A stretch of 64,000 nucleotides of DNA from Dehalococcoidia bacterium (lineage in GTDB: Bacteria > Chloroflexota > Dehalococcoidia > Bin125), in NCBI GenBank assembly GCA_022822855.1, contig JAJDYG010000019.1:36475-100474 (forward strand), given 5' to 3'. Made by a program: the position numbers and the translations under genes. Of the stretch, positions 17,688-26,920 are shown piece after piece; position 1 is the stretch's first letter, and every line of letters begins with the position of its first letter. The notes beneath the pieces were generated by a model. That model did no database searches. It saw nothing but the letters and a program-made list of their open reading frames with translations, and was not told the origin of the DNA.

Positions 17688-20600
17688 ATGTTCGGACTTC
17701 TGCGCCTCTTGCGACTCGCCGCGCTGCGCGAACTGCGCGGCGGCTGGATGTTGATGCTCGGGGCGGCGTCGCTCTTGATCATCGCGGCCGGGCTGGTGGC
17801 CCTGCCGCTGGTCTTCAGGGCGGCGTCGGCCGACCTCGCTCTGCGCGAGCTGATCGAGCAGTCGCCGCGCAGCGTCGGGTTCGCCGATCATGCGCGCGCC
17901 TTCCGGCCGGCCGAGATCGACGACTTCCACGGCGTCGCCGAGACCGCCGCAGAGATCCGAGTCCGGCATCTGGCAGAGTTTGACGGTCTGCTCGGCGAGA
18001 CCCGGCGGATCATGGAGACGCCGCGGAGCTTCGCCGATTTCACGCGTCTGGACAACGAAATCGAGGAGTCGCTGCTCGCTTACCTGATGTCGTTCGAGCA
18101 GTTGGGGGTCAACGCCCGGCTGGTGCGGGGCGATTGGGCGCAGGCGGATGACGAGGTGGTGATCGGCGCGGCGCTGTCGGAGCAGCTCAGCATCGACGTG
18201 GGCAGCAGGGTTTCGTTCAGTCCGGAGATGAGCTTCGAGGTCACCGGGATCATCGAGCCGATCGTTGCCGACGCGAGCCGCTTGCTGGCGCTGCACTACA
18301 CCGACGTCTGGTTCGAGCTGCAGGAGAACATCACGCTGGGCGGCGCGATCGAGCCGTACTTCGGGCTGTTCGCCAGTCCTGAGGCGCTCGTGCGATTCGG
18401 CGCGCCGATCACTCACCGGATGCGCACCGAGTTCGTCTCGGCCGTGCTCAATTCCGATCAGGTCGAGGATGCGATTGAAGCGCTGTCGGCCTGGGAGCAA
18501 CAGCTCAATCGGTTAGAGGGCGGATCGGCGTCGACGCTGCTGCTCGGCGCGCTGCAGACGTTCGATCGGCGGGCGAAGTTCTCGGCCGGGCAGTCGTTGA
18601 TCGCCGGGCTGCAGATCGCCGCGGTGGCGATGTTTGGCGTCGGGCTCGTGGGTCGCGTGATGGCTCAGCGGACGCGCGTGGATCGGGAGCGCCTGGCCGC
18701 GCGTGGGGCGCGTCCCTGGCAGCAGGCCGGGGCGCAGGCGATCCTGGGCGGGATTGCGGCCGTGCCGGCGGCGTTTCTCGGAGCTCCCCTGGCGGCGTTT
18801 GCCCTGAGCCATGCCGGTCGGCTCGACGCCGTGGCGCGGGTTTCGGGCGGCGAGCCGTTCGACACCCGGTTGACCTGGGAGGCGTGGGCCCTGGCGGTCG
18901 CCGGAGCGCTGATCGCCTGGGTCGCCTTCGCCGCGCCGGCCTGGTTCGACGCTCGCCAGCGGGCGAACCAGCGAGTCGCCGCGGGACGTCCGCAGCGCCA
19001 GTCGCTGATTCAGCGGGCCTGGCTGGACGTCGCGCTGCTGGTGCTGGCCGCGGTGCTGTTTCTGCAGTTCGAGTCGGAAGCCTCGGGCGGGGCGCTGGCC
19101 GCGTTCGAGTCGGGCGGGATCAATCCGGTGTTGATGCTGAGTCCGGGGTTGCTGCTGCTGGGCGCGGCGCTGACGATCATGCGTCTGGCCCCGAGGATCT
19201 GGAGCGTGGTCGCCGCGGCGCTCTCACGGACGCCGACGCCCTCCTGGTTGTACCTGGGTGTGGTCAACGTGGCCCGAAATCCGACCGGCCCGATGCTGTT
19301 GACGGCGCTGACCGCGTTCATCACGGCGGTCGGGCTGATCTCGGCGACCTACGCATCGACGATTCGCAGCGTTGAGCGATCGCGAATCGAGTACGCAGTG
19401 GGATCCGACGTGCGCGGCGTATCGATCGGCGGCAACCTGGCCGGCTCGACGATCGCCCGTGTGACGGAACCGCTCGAGCGTCGGGACGGGATCAACGCGG
19501 GGGCCGCTTATCGCGGAATCGGATCGATCGGCGGCGACCGCGAGGGCAGCAGAATCGTGATGCTGGGGCTGGAGACCGGTCGCCTCGGCGAGACGATCAC
19601 GCTGGACGACCAGCTGCTCGGCATGCCGTCGGCCGACCTGCTCGACGCCATCGAGCGGGAGCCGGGGCGAGTCGGCCAGCCGCTTCCCGAGGGGACGGAA
19701 GCGCTCACGGTGGAGATTCGCAGCGATCCAGGCAATAGCAATCTGGAGCTGGCGGCGAGGGTGATCGACCGGCACGGGCAGGTTCATATGCGGCAGTTCC
19801 GGACGAACACGTCGACGATCATCGACGCCGATTCCAAGGCGATGCGAGCTCCGCTGAGCGGGCTGGCGGAACCACTGCGGATCGCGGCGATCATCCTCAG
19901 GCCGCAGGCGCGGGTCGTCCGCGCTCCGACGGGGACGCTGTACATCGAAGGACTGGTGGCGGAAGTTGGCGAGGAGACGGTGGTCGTCGACGCCTTCGAC
20001 TCTGCCGGTCCGTGGATCTCCGCGTCGAGCGGGGCCGGGGAGGATCGGATCGAGTTCGAGCAGGGTCAGCTCCGCTATCACTGGTCGCGGTTGGCGGCGA
20101 GCGATGAACGAATCATCGTGCGCGAGTCGCCCAACCTGCCGGTCAATGCGGCGATGGATAGAACGTCGATGGAGACCGCCGACCTGAGCGTCGGCGATGT
20201 CGTTCCAATCGAGCTGAGCAACGCCAGCATTCCGGTGCGAATTACGGCGGCGGTTGACTACTTTCCCACGCTCAACCCGGCCCAGGGCGGGTTCCTGATC
20301 GCCGATCTGCTGGCGTTGCGCAGCGCGGCCCTTGTCGCTGCCGTGCAGGCGGTCTTGCCGATTACCGAGGTCTGGGCGGCAACGGACACCAATGCTGGAC
20401 GGCTGATCGCGAATGACCTACTCGATGACGTGTACCTCGCCAGTACGGTGCTCGATGCAGAGGCGCGGATTGACGCGGCCGAACAGGATCCGTTCCGCTC
20501 GGGCGGAGCCGCGGCGCTGTTCGTGGTTGGCTTCATCGGACTGTTAATCGTCGGCTCGGCGGCGCTCGTCTTCACACTGGCGGCGGCCGGCGGCGAACGG

Positions 20601-20930
20601 GCCCGGGAGTTCGCGCTGATGCGTACCGTCGGCGCAGGCCGAAGCGGGCTGACCAGTCAGGCGGCGGTCGAGGTCGGCCTGGTCCTGGTCGCCGGTGTCG
20701 CCCTCGGGATTGGCCTCGGACGCGCGGTGGCGGGCGCATTGCTGGCGTTTCTCAATGTCACCGCTGAGGGAATCGCCGCTGCGCCTCCGACGGTGTTGTC
20801 GATTGATTGGGTGCTGGCCGGCATCGGCGTGGGTGTGATCGTCGCCTGCGCAATCTTCGGGACGACCGCGATCGCGCGTTGGGCCACGGGGCAAGACGCA
20901 GCGCCGCTGCTGCGTGAAGGCGCGGACTAA
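17688..20930 (+). CDS. Large FtsX-like ABC permease family protein (~1080 aa; two FtsX modules with large extracytoplasmic domains)
   Basis: N-terminal TM, long soluble region, clusters of TM helices, and a C-terminal FtsX-like four-helix block (FALMRTVGAGRSGLTSQAAVEVGLVLVAGVALGIGLG). Confidence 0.5.
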   Translation: MFGLLRLLRLAALRELRGGWMLMLGAASLLIIAAGLVALPLVFRAASADLALRELIEQSPRSVGFADHARAFRPAEIDDFHGVAETAAEIRVRHLAEFDGLLGETRRIMETPRSFADFTRLDNEIEESLLAYLMSFEQLGVNARLVRGDWAQADDEVVIGAALSEQLSIDVGSRVSFSPEMSFEVTGIIEPIVADASRLLALHYTDVWFELQENITLGGAIEPYFGLFASPEALVRFGAPITHRMRTEFVSAVLNSDQVEDAIEALSAWEQQLNRLEGGSASTLLLGALQTFDRRAKFSAGQSLIAGLQIAAVAMFGVGLVGRVMAQRTRVDRERLAARGARPWQQAGAQAILGGIAAVPAAFLGAPLAAFALSHAGRLDAVARVSGGEPFDTRLTWEAWALAVAGALIAWVAFAAPAWFDARQRANQRVAAGRPQRQSLIQRAWLDVALLVLAAVLFLQFESEASGGALAAFESGGINPVLMLSPGLLLLGAALTIMRLAPRIWSVVAAALSRTPTPSWLYLGVVNVARNPTGPMLLTALTAFITAVGLISATYASTIRSVERSRIEYAVGSDVRGVSIGGNLAGSTIARVTEPLERRDGINAGAAYRGIGSIGGDREGSRIVMLGLETGRLGETITLDDQLLGMPSADLLDAIEREPGRVGQPLPEGTEALTVEIRSDPGNSNLELAARVIDRHGQVHMRQFRTNTSTIIDADSKAMRAPLSGLAEPLRIAAIILRPQARVVRAPTGTLYIEGLVAEVGEETVVVDAFDSAGPWISASSGAGEDRIEFEQGQLRYHWSRLAASDERIIVRESPNLPVNAAMDRTSMETADLSVGDVVPIELSNASIPVRITAAVDYFPTLNPAQGGFLIADLLALRSAALVAAVQAVLPITEVWAATDTNAGRLIANDLLDDVYLASTVLDAEARIDAAEQDPFRSGGAAALFVVGFIGLLIVGSAALVFTLAAAGGERAREFALMRTVGAGRSGLTSQAAVEVGLVLVAGVALGIGLGRAVAGALLAFLNVTAEGIAAAPPTVLSIDWVLAGIGVGVIVACAIFGTTAIARWATGQDAAPLLREGAD

Positions 20931-23900
20931 TGACTCAGCAGCCCGCCGCGCCTCGCGGCGAGACAGCTCGCGAACTGGCGCTGTTGGCGATCCGGCGGAT
21001 CACGTCCGCGCCCCGGCTGTCGGCGGTGCTGTTGATCGGTGCGCTCCTGGCAGTGGGGTTGGCCAGCAGCGCGCCTGTCTTCATCGAGGCAATCCGGGAC
21101 CTGGGGCTGCGGCAGACGCTCGCCGACGCCGACTCGGCCTCGCTTGATTTGCGCTTCGTCCAGGGCAATGTGACCGCCACCGCCAAGTCGGTCGAGCCGG
21201 TGGAATCGCTGATCAACGACGAGGTCGGGATGGCGGCCGAGACGCTTGTCGTGGGCCGCATGTCGGCGATGCGGACGGGCGGATACACCCTGCGGACCGA
21301 CGATCAGGAGTTCAACTCGCCGGGTGCAGACCATGCCACATTCGTGGCGCAGAGCGACCTCGAGGATGTCTCCCAGGTCGTCGAGGGTCGCGCTCCCCAG
21401 ATCGACGGCGGCGTGCTGGAGGTCGCCGTCGAGGCCTCGCAGGCGGAGGTGTTCGGCCTGGCCGTCGGCGATGAGCTGCTGGCCCAGCCCTTCTGGCTGG
21501 GAACGCAGCATGAGACCCGCGTCCGAATTGTCGGGCTGCTGACGCCCTCGGAAGATGAGCGGCGATGGTCGACGCTCGATCCGGTTTACATGCCGATCGC
21601 CGCGCGAGACTCCGAGCTCCGCTTCTGGACGTCGCGCGAGGGCATCCTGGGCATTCTGGCCGAGCAGTCGCCGACCCTGCGGCTGACCCTGTTGCAACGA
21701 TTCCGCACCGACCTGTCCGGCGCGACGGCAGCAGAGGCATCGGCCGCCTCCGAGGCGCTGCAGCAGATGACCCGACGCGTCGCGCAATCGCTGGAGGGGG
21801 TCCAGCAAGAAACCGAGCTGGTCGACACCCTGGTCGGATTCAGCCGCCGATTCCAGTTCGCCCAGTCGACCCTGCTGATGATCGTGCTGCAACTGGTCGG
21901 AGCGGTGCTGGTCTATGCGGTCGTGGCGGCGGCGATGCTCGCCGAACAGCGGACCGAGGACACGGCCTGGCTGCGATCACGCGGCGCCCGCCAGCGGGAT
22001 GTAGCGACGCTGCACATCGTCGAGGCGGCAATCCTGACCGCGCCGGCGATCGCATTTGGCCCGCTGATCGGCATGGGGCTGGTCAGCCTGTTGGGCTTCG
22101 TCCCACCGTTCGACGAGGCGCTGGCCGCGACCGGCGTTGGTCCGTTCCTGCCCGTGTCGCTGCCGGCCGAGGCCTGGTACCTGGCGCTCGGCGCGGGCGC
22201 GCTGGCGCTGCTCGCGCAGGCTATCCCGACCTTCCGGGCGACCCGCCAGACGATGGTCACCACGCGACGCGAACGCGGACGGCCTCCCTCATCCTGGACG
22301 CAGCGCGCGCTGATCGACGCGGCGGTCGCGGCGCTCGGCGCGCTGCTGATCTTCGAGTTGCAATGGGCTGGCGATCCGATCGATTCGCCGCTGGTCGGAG
22401 AGACGCGCCTCGACTGGCTGGCGGTGGCGACGCCGACGGTCCTGCTGTTCGTGGTCGGCCTGATCGTGCTGCGGCTCTTCCCGCCTGCCATGCGTCTGTT
22501 GGCGAGGGTCGCTTCGCCCTGGCGCTCGCTGACCCTGCTATTGGGCGCCTGGTACCTCGGACGGACACCGACGCACTACGCGCGAACAGTGCTCCTCCTG
22601 ACCATCGCCGGCGCGCTGGCAGTCTTCGCCGCATCCTTCCGCAACACGCTCGAGACCTCCTACGACGATCGAGCATTGCACGCGGTCGGCTCGGCCGTGC
22701 GTCTGACCGAGCCTTATTCGGAGTCCGTGCCCTTCGAGCAAATCGAGCAGGTCGGCGGTGGAACGGTCGCCCGCGTCCAGCGCATCGCTGGAGCCTTCGA
22801 CGGAGACGAAGATTCCGGCCGCCTCGAGATCGCCGCCCTCGACGCCCGGGCGGTCGCGAAACAACTGCAAACGCGCGACGTCGACTGGACCCTGCCTCCT
22901 GCCGAGCTGGCCGCGATTGCCGCGCCGATCCATGGCGGCGAGCGAGCGCAGCTCGCCGACCTCGGCGGCCGCCTGACCCTGCGCGTCGACGCCGTCTCGC
23001 TGCAACAGGAGACCCCAATCGGCGTCAAGCTGCTCGACGCCAACGGACGCTATTGGTGGTACACCATCGGCGTCCTGCCGCCCACCCAGGAAGGCGTCGC
23101 AACGCCGCCCACACTGTCCGCCCCCTTGACCTCGGAGCCGGACGCCTACCTACCCCTCGAGGGCGCCAGAACCGTGCAGACCCGAAGCCGCTGGCGCGCC
23201 GCCGTCACCGAACGGCCCCAGGCCCCATTGACCCTGATCTCTCTTGATCTCGCCGTCACCCGAGCCGTCGGCGAGATCGTGCTGCACGAGCTGACCTACG
23301 ATCACGGTGGCGAACGCCGCGTACTCGCCGATTTCACCTCCGGCCGTTGGGAAGCGACGCCGCTCGAAGTCGGCGAGGAGCCACTCGACTTGTTCCGCCT
23401 CGAAGACGGCGGCGCGCGCTACCGCTGGAACCAGACTCCCGCCTCCCTGCGCGGCGTCCGCTACGTCGCCGATCGCGAACCGTTGCCCGCCCTCCTCTCG
23501 GCCGAAGCGATGGAGCAGGGCCGCCTGGAGGTCGGCGAGACCGTCCGGCTGCGCGTCGGCCCCACACCGGTGCGCTTTCTGGTCGTCGGCCGCTTCGACG
23601 CCTTCCCCGGCTACGACGCCCAACGCGACCATCCGCTCGTGCTCATCGATCGCGCCGCCTTTGTCGAGCGGCTCTACGGCAGCGCCGCCGCCGGCGTCGC
23701 CCTGGCCGTCGGCGACGAGCTCTGGGTCTCAGCTCCGCTCAGCCGCTGGTCCGGGTTGTTGACCGAGCGCGAAATCCCGCTCGACGCCGACTCCATCGCC
23801 ACCATCGAGAGCGCCCGCGACGACCTCGCCGCCGACCCGCTGATCGTCGCCTCCTGGAACGGCGTCTTCATCGGCGCGCTGGCCGCGGTCGCCATCGCCT

Positions 23901-24274
23901 CTGCCTTCGGACTGGTCGTGCTCACCGCGGTCACCGCGCAGGCCCGGCGAGTCGAATTCGCCGTCTGTCGGAGCGTCGGCATGAGCATGCGCCAGATCCT
24001 GGGCCTGATCGCCCTGGAGCAGTTATGCGTGATCGTGATCGGCCTCGGCGCGGGCCTGATCGTCGGCACCCAGGCGGGAGCGATCCTGCTGGACTTCTTC
24101 GCCCTCACCCCGGACGGCCGAGATGTCGTGCCGCCGCTGAAGTTCATCATCGACTGGCCAGGAGTGGGCATCCTGTTCGGCGCCCTGACCGGACTGTTCG
24201 CGCTCAACCTCGGCGCGTTCCTCTGGTTCCTGCGCCGGATCGAGTTGCACGGAGCGCTGAGGCTCGCCGCCTGA
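20930..24274 (+). CDS. Second large FtsX-like ABC permease family protein (~1114 aa), paralogous to the upstream gene
   Basis: Same architecture. ATG overlaps the TAA of the upstream gene by 1 nt. C-terminal FAVCRSVGMSMRQILGLIALEQLCVIVIGLGAGLIVG. Confidence 0.5.
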   Translation: MTQQPAAPRGETARELALLAIRRITSAPRLSAVLLIGALLAVGLASSAPVFIEAIRDLGLRQTLADADSASLDLRFVQGNVTATAKSVEPVESLINDEVGMAAETLVVGRMSAMRTGGYTLRTDDQEFNSPGADHATFVAQSDLEDVSQVVEGRAPQIDGGVLEVAVEASQAEVFGLAVGDELLAQPFWLGTQHETRVRIVGLLTPSEDERRWSTLDPVYMPIAARDSELRFWTSREGILGILAEQSPTLRLTLLQRFRTDLSGATAAEASAASEALQQMTRRVAQSLEGVQQETELVDTLVGFSRRFQFAQSTLLMIVLQLVGAVLVYAVVAAAMLAEQRTEDTAWLRSRGARQRDVATLHIVEAAILTAPAIAFGPLIGMGLVSLLGFVPPFDEALAATGVGPFLPVSLPAEAWYLALGAGALALLAQAIPTFRATRQTMVTTRRERGRPPSSWTQRALIDAAVAALGALLIFELQWAGDPIDSPLVGETRLDWLAVATPTVLLFVVGLIVLRLFPPAMRLLARVASPWRSLTLLLGAWYLGRTPTHYARTVLLLTIAGALAVFAASFRNTLETSYDDRALHAVGSAVRLTEPYSESVPFEQIEQVGGGTVARVQRIAGAFDGDEDSGRLEIAALDARAVAKQLQTRDVDWTLPPAELAAIAAPIHGGERAQLADLGGRLTLRVDAVSLQQETPIGVKLLDANGRYWWYTIGVLPPTQEGVATPPTLSAPLTSEPDAYLPLEGARTVQTRSRWRAAVTERPQAPLTLISLDLAVTRAVGEIVLHELTYDHGGERRVLADFTSGRWEATPLEVGEEPLDLFRLEDGGARYRWNQTPASLRGVRYVADREPLPALLSAEAMEQGRLEVGETVRLRVGPTPVRFLVVGRFDAFPGYDAQRDHPLVLIDRAAFVERLYGSAAAGVALAVGDELWVSAPLSRWSGLLTEREIPLDADSIATIESARDDLAADPLIVASWNGVFIGALAAVAIASAFGLVVLTAVTAQARRVEFAVCRSVGMSMRQILGLIALEQLCVIVIGLGAGLIVGTQAGAILLDFFALTPDGRDVVPPLKFIIDWPGVGILFGALTGLFALNLGAFLWFLRRIELHGALRLAA

Positions 24275-24277
24275 CAG

Positions 24278-24847
24278 CTAGCCGAGTCGGAACGGCGGGT
24301 AGCGGTCGGTGATCAGCAGGAACGCGTAGGCCTCGACCCGCAGAATCCAGCGCTCGACGTTGAGCATGAACGTGAACAGCGGCCGCGGATAGACGCCGCT
24401 GAAGAGGATCGCCAACCAGGCGATCAACACGGCAAGGGTCTGCAGCAGGCCCAGCACGTAGAAGACGATGTAGTGAGGCAGGGCGAGCAACCACTTGACC
24501 AGCGGCAGCCAGCGGCTGAGATGGGAAGCGTCGGGATAGTCGAGGTCGAGCCTGACCGATTGCTCGTCATCGGTCGCCGGATAGCTGTCGGTCATCAGGT
24601 TGAGATAGGCGTTGACCCGATTCCGGAAGCGGGCCATCTCCAGGTTGAAGTCGAACCACCAGCGCGGATACTTCCGTCGGAAGACCAGCATCATGGCGAC
24701 CGGCAGACAGAGCATCGGCGGGATGAATGAGACCAGCAGCACGATCGGGATCGCCAGGATCGGTCGGAGCAGCGTCGAGATCCGGTCAAGCGACTGCGGA
24801 TACTCGATATCCAGGCGGGCCGGGTACTCATCGGCGGTACGTTGCAT
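24278..24847 (-). CDS. DUF4389 domain-containing membrane protein
   Basis: YPARLDIEYPQSLDR ... RKYPRWWFDFNLEMARF ... LDLDYPD ... YPPFRL is the DUF4389 pattern. Confidence 0.5.
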   Translation of the reverse strand: MQRTADEYPARLDIEYPQSLDRISTLLRPILAIPIVLLVSFIPPMLCLPVAMMLVFRRKYPRWWFDFNLEMARFRNRVNAYLNLMTDSYPATDDEQSVRLDLDYPDASHLSRWLPLVKWLLALPHYIVFYVLGLLQTLAVLIAWLAILFSGVYPRPLFTFMLNVERWILRVEAYAFLLITDRYPPFRLG

Positions 24848-24955
24848 GAGGAATCTCCCTCGAAGACTGGATCTGCGGGGCCGGTGAACTCAGGCTATCG
24901 ATTATGGTAAGCGGTCGAGTCCGACGGTCCGGGTTCGACTGTCAGTGTCCGACGG

Positions 24956-25456
24956 TCAGGGCGCGATGCCCAGCGTGCGCTGGATCTGGCGGACGTGAAA
25001 GAGCTGGTGATCCGCGGCCGTGAGCGCGAGCGTGCGCAGGGACATGTCCAGCACGTCGCCGTCCAGATCGATGTTCGCCGGCTCTCGCAGTTCATCCGGG
25101 GACAGGTCGGACAGCAGGCGCTGGGTGTCCTCGCGCACGCTGGTCAACGCCCAGCGCAGCTCGGGCAGGGACGCATTGGACTCGGTATCGGGCAGGTTCA
25201 CGCCGCCGACAGGCGGAACAGCGAGCTGCGGCGCCACCTCGCGCCGCAGCAGCATGAGCTGGGGATGCAGCCAGCGCTCCGAGTGGACGACGTGCAGCAG
25301 GATCTCGCGGGTCGACCACTCGGCGGGGCTGAGACGCTCGTCGAGACGCTCATCGGTGCAGATGTCGAGCAGAGCGCGCAGCTCGTCGAAGTTCTGCTCG
25401 AGCGCGGCCTCAATGTCGACAGTCACGTTTACAAGATCAGCGATGATGTTTACCTC
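24956..25456 (-). CDS. DinB-family (DinB_2-like) protein
   Basis: WSTREILLHVVHSERW ... LTAADHQLFHVRQIQ carries the His-rich four-helix DinB signature. Start assigned to a GTG within a longer ORF; uncertain. Confidence 0.4.
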   Translation of the reverse strand, partial: EVNIIADLVNVTVDIEAALEQNFDELRALLDICTDERLDERLSPAEWSTREILLHVVHSERWLHPQLMLLRREVAPQLAVPPVGGVNLPDTESNASLPELRWALTSVREDTQRLLSDLSPDELREPANIDLDGDVLDMSLRTLALTAADHQLFHVRQIQRTLGIAP

Positions 25457-25568
25457 AACCCGTATCCAGCGCGTGGGCCGTCGCGCACAGTGTCGATGAA
25501 CGGCGGCGGCGGGACAACTCACTGATCCTCTCCCCACTGCACGGGGATCGCAGAAGGCGGCCGGCCAT

Positions 25569-26453
25569 ATGGCCCGAGTTCGTGAGATCCCGTCTCGAGC
25601 CGAACAGCTCGCGCTCGAGTCCACGATTCCGTCGGAGCACCGCCGCGAACTCGCCAGGGGCGCAGCCGAGTGGGACGCGAAGCAATTCTTCGACGCACAC
25701 GAAACCTGGGAAGAGATCTGGCAGGTCGAGCGCCGGCCGATTCGCAGCTTCTACCAGGGTCTGATCCTGCTCGCCGCCGGTCTGCATCACTGGACAGGGA
25801 CGCACCGTCCGCGCGGCGTGCGGATCAAGCTGTCATCAGGAGTTGAGCGCCTGGCGCCCTATGCGCCGTCGTATCTGGGAGTGGACGTGTCGACGATGAT
25901 CGTCGATGCGGCGGCCCTCCTGCGCCAGGCGCCCGAACGTCCAGCCGCGTTGGCCGACACGCCGCTGGATGCCTTCCCGCCGTTCCGTTGGGCTGTGACG
26001 GACGGCGGCAGGCTCGGAGCTCTGCGTGTGCGGCGACTGCGCGCGGCGGCGCAGTTGCCCACACGCGGCTCCGAGCTGTCCTCCGGCCTGGACCTGTATG
26101 CCGAACTCTCCGAGCTGGGCGGCTCACTCCAACTCACCCCGATGCCTCAGCCGGTGCCCACCGGGATCGCCTGCGCGCCGCCGCACGGCTGCGAGATTCA
26201 GATCCGCCCGCGCTCAGGCCTGACGCGCCGTGGAGTCGAGATCGGTTGGGGCACGGTCGACGCCGACTATCGCGGGGAGTTGCTCGTCTCGATGTCGCTG
26301 CGCGGGCCGGCGGGTCGCGGATACCGGATCGAACATGGCGATCGGATCGCGCAGCTGGTGGTCGCGCCCGTCGCTCTGGCGTCTGTCGAGGAAGTGGACG
26401 AACTGGACGACACCGAGCGCGGCGCAGGCGGCTTCGGTTCGACGGGCCGCTGA
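25569..26453 (+). CDS. DUF309 domain fused in-frame to dUTP diphosphatase
   Basis: N-terminal FFDAHETWEEIWQ ... FYQGLILLAAGLHHW is DUF309. The C-terminal part has dUTPase motifs SGLDLYA, IRPRSGL, GTVDADYRGE and RGAGGFGSTG, with no stop codon between the two parts. Confidence 0.5.
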   Translation: MARVREIPSRAEQLALESTIPSEHRRELARGAAEWDAKQFFDAHETWEEIWQVERRPIRSFYQGLILLAAGLHHWTGTHRPRGVRIKLSSGVERLAPYAPSYLGVDVSTMIVDAAALLRQAPERPAALADTPLDAFPPFRWAVTDGGRLGALRVRRLRAAAQLPTRGSELSSGLDLYAELSELGGSLQLTPMPQPVPTGIACAPPHGCEIQIRPRSGLTRRGVEIGWGTVDADYRGELLVSMSLRGPAGRGYRIEHGDRIAQLVVAPVALASVEEVDELDDTERGAGGFGSTGR

Positions 26454-26456
26454 CCA

Positions 26457-26828
26457 ATGACGGTAGCCGCGATTGCCTCAATCGCCCTCGGCGGCGCCTT
26501 CGGCTCGGTGCTGCGCTACTTGCTGAACCGCTGGATCGGCCAGCCCGACGGTCTGCCCCTGGGCATCCTGGTCGTCAATCTCAGCGGGACGCTCGTGCTG
26601 GGGCTCGTCGCGACGCTGTTTCTCGAACGAATCGGCGTGTCCGACAATCTGAGACTCGCGATCACCGTTGGTTTGCTGGGCGGATTCACGACCTTCTCGA
26701 CGGTCTGGCTCGACACGCTGCATCTGCTCAACGGCGGGCGCTGGGCCTGGGCGTTGACCAATCTGTTGGTCTCGGCCGTGGGCGGACTGGCGGCGGCCTG
26801 GCTGGGACAGCAACTGGCCCGCATTTGA
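26457..26828 (+). CDS. crcB: Fluoride ion channel CrcB/Fluc
   Basis: GGAFGSVLRYLL ... LGILVVNLSGTLVLG ... GLLGGFTTFSTV is the hallmark CrcB motif set. Start is 3 nt after the dut stop. Confidence 0.7.
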   Translation: MTVAAIASIALGGAFGSVLRYLLNRWIGQPDGLPLGILVVNLSGTLVLGLVATLFLERIGVSDNLRLAITVGLLGGFTTFSTVWLDTLHLLNGGRWAWALTNLLVSAVGGLAAAWLGQQLARI

Positions 26829-26920
26829 CACGATTGGGTACGCGATTGGGGCGCTGGGCACCGCTCCGAAGCCTGAATGTGTATAGAGTGGCAACAGGCG
26901 ACGGGGCGGTTGAGTCACTG

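Noticed and set aside
21565-24312. Several long Arg-rich ORFs (560 aa, 321 aa and others) inside the second FtsX permease gene
   Set aside because: They are alternative frames of a GC-rich coding region. The permease frame has coherent TM helices.
25500-25568. Fluoride riboswitch upstream of the DUF309-dut-crcB unit
   Set aside because: The gap is only ~45 nt, with no recognisable crcB-motif core by eye. This would need a covariance-model scan.
25988-26920. First 311 codons of the 772-aa ORF preceding the LysM lipoprotein
   Set aside because: It overlaps dut and crcB in another frame with an Arg-rich translation. The real gene starts at the ATG at 26921, with a signal peptide and lipobox.
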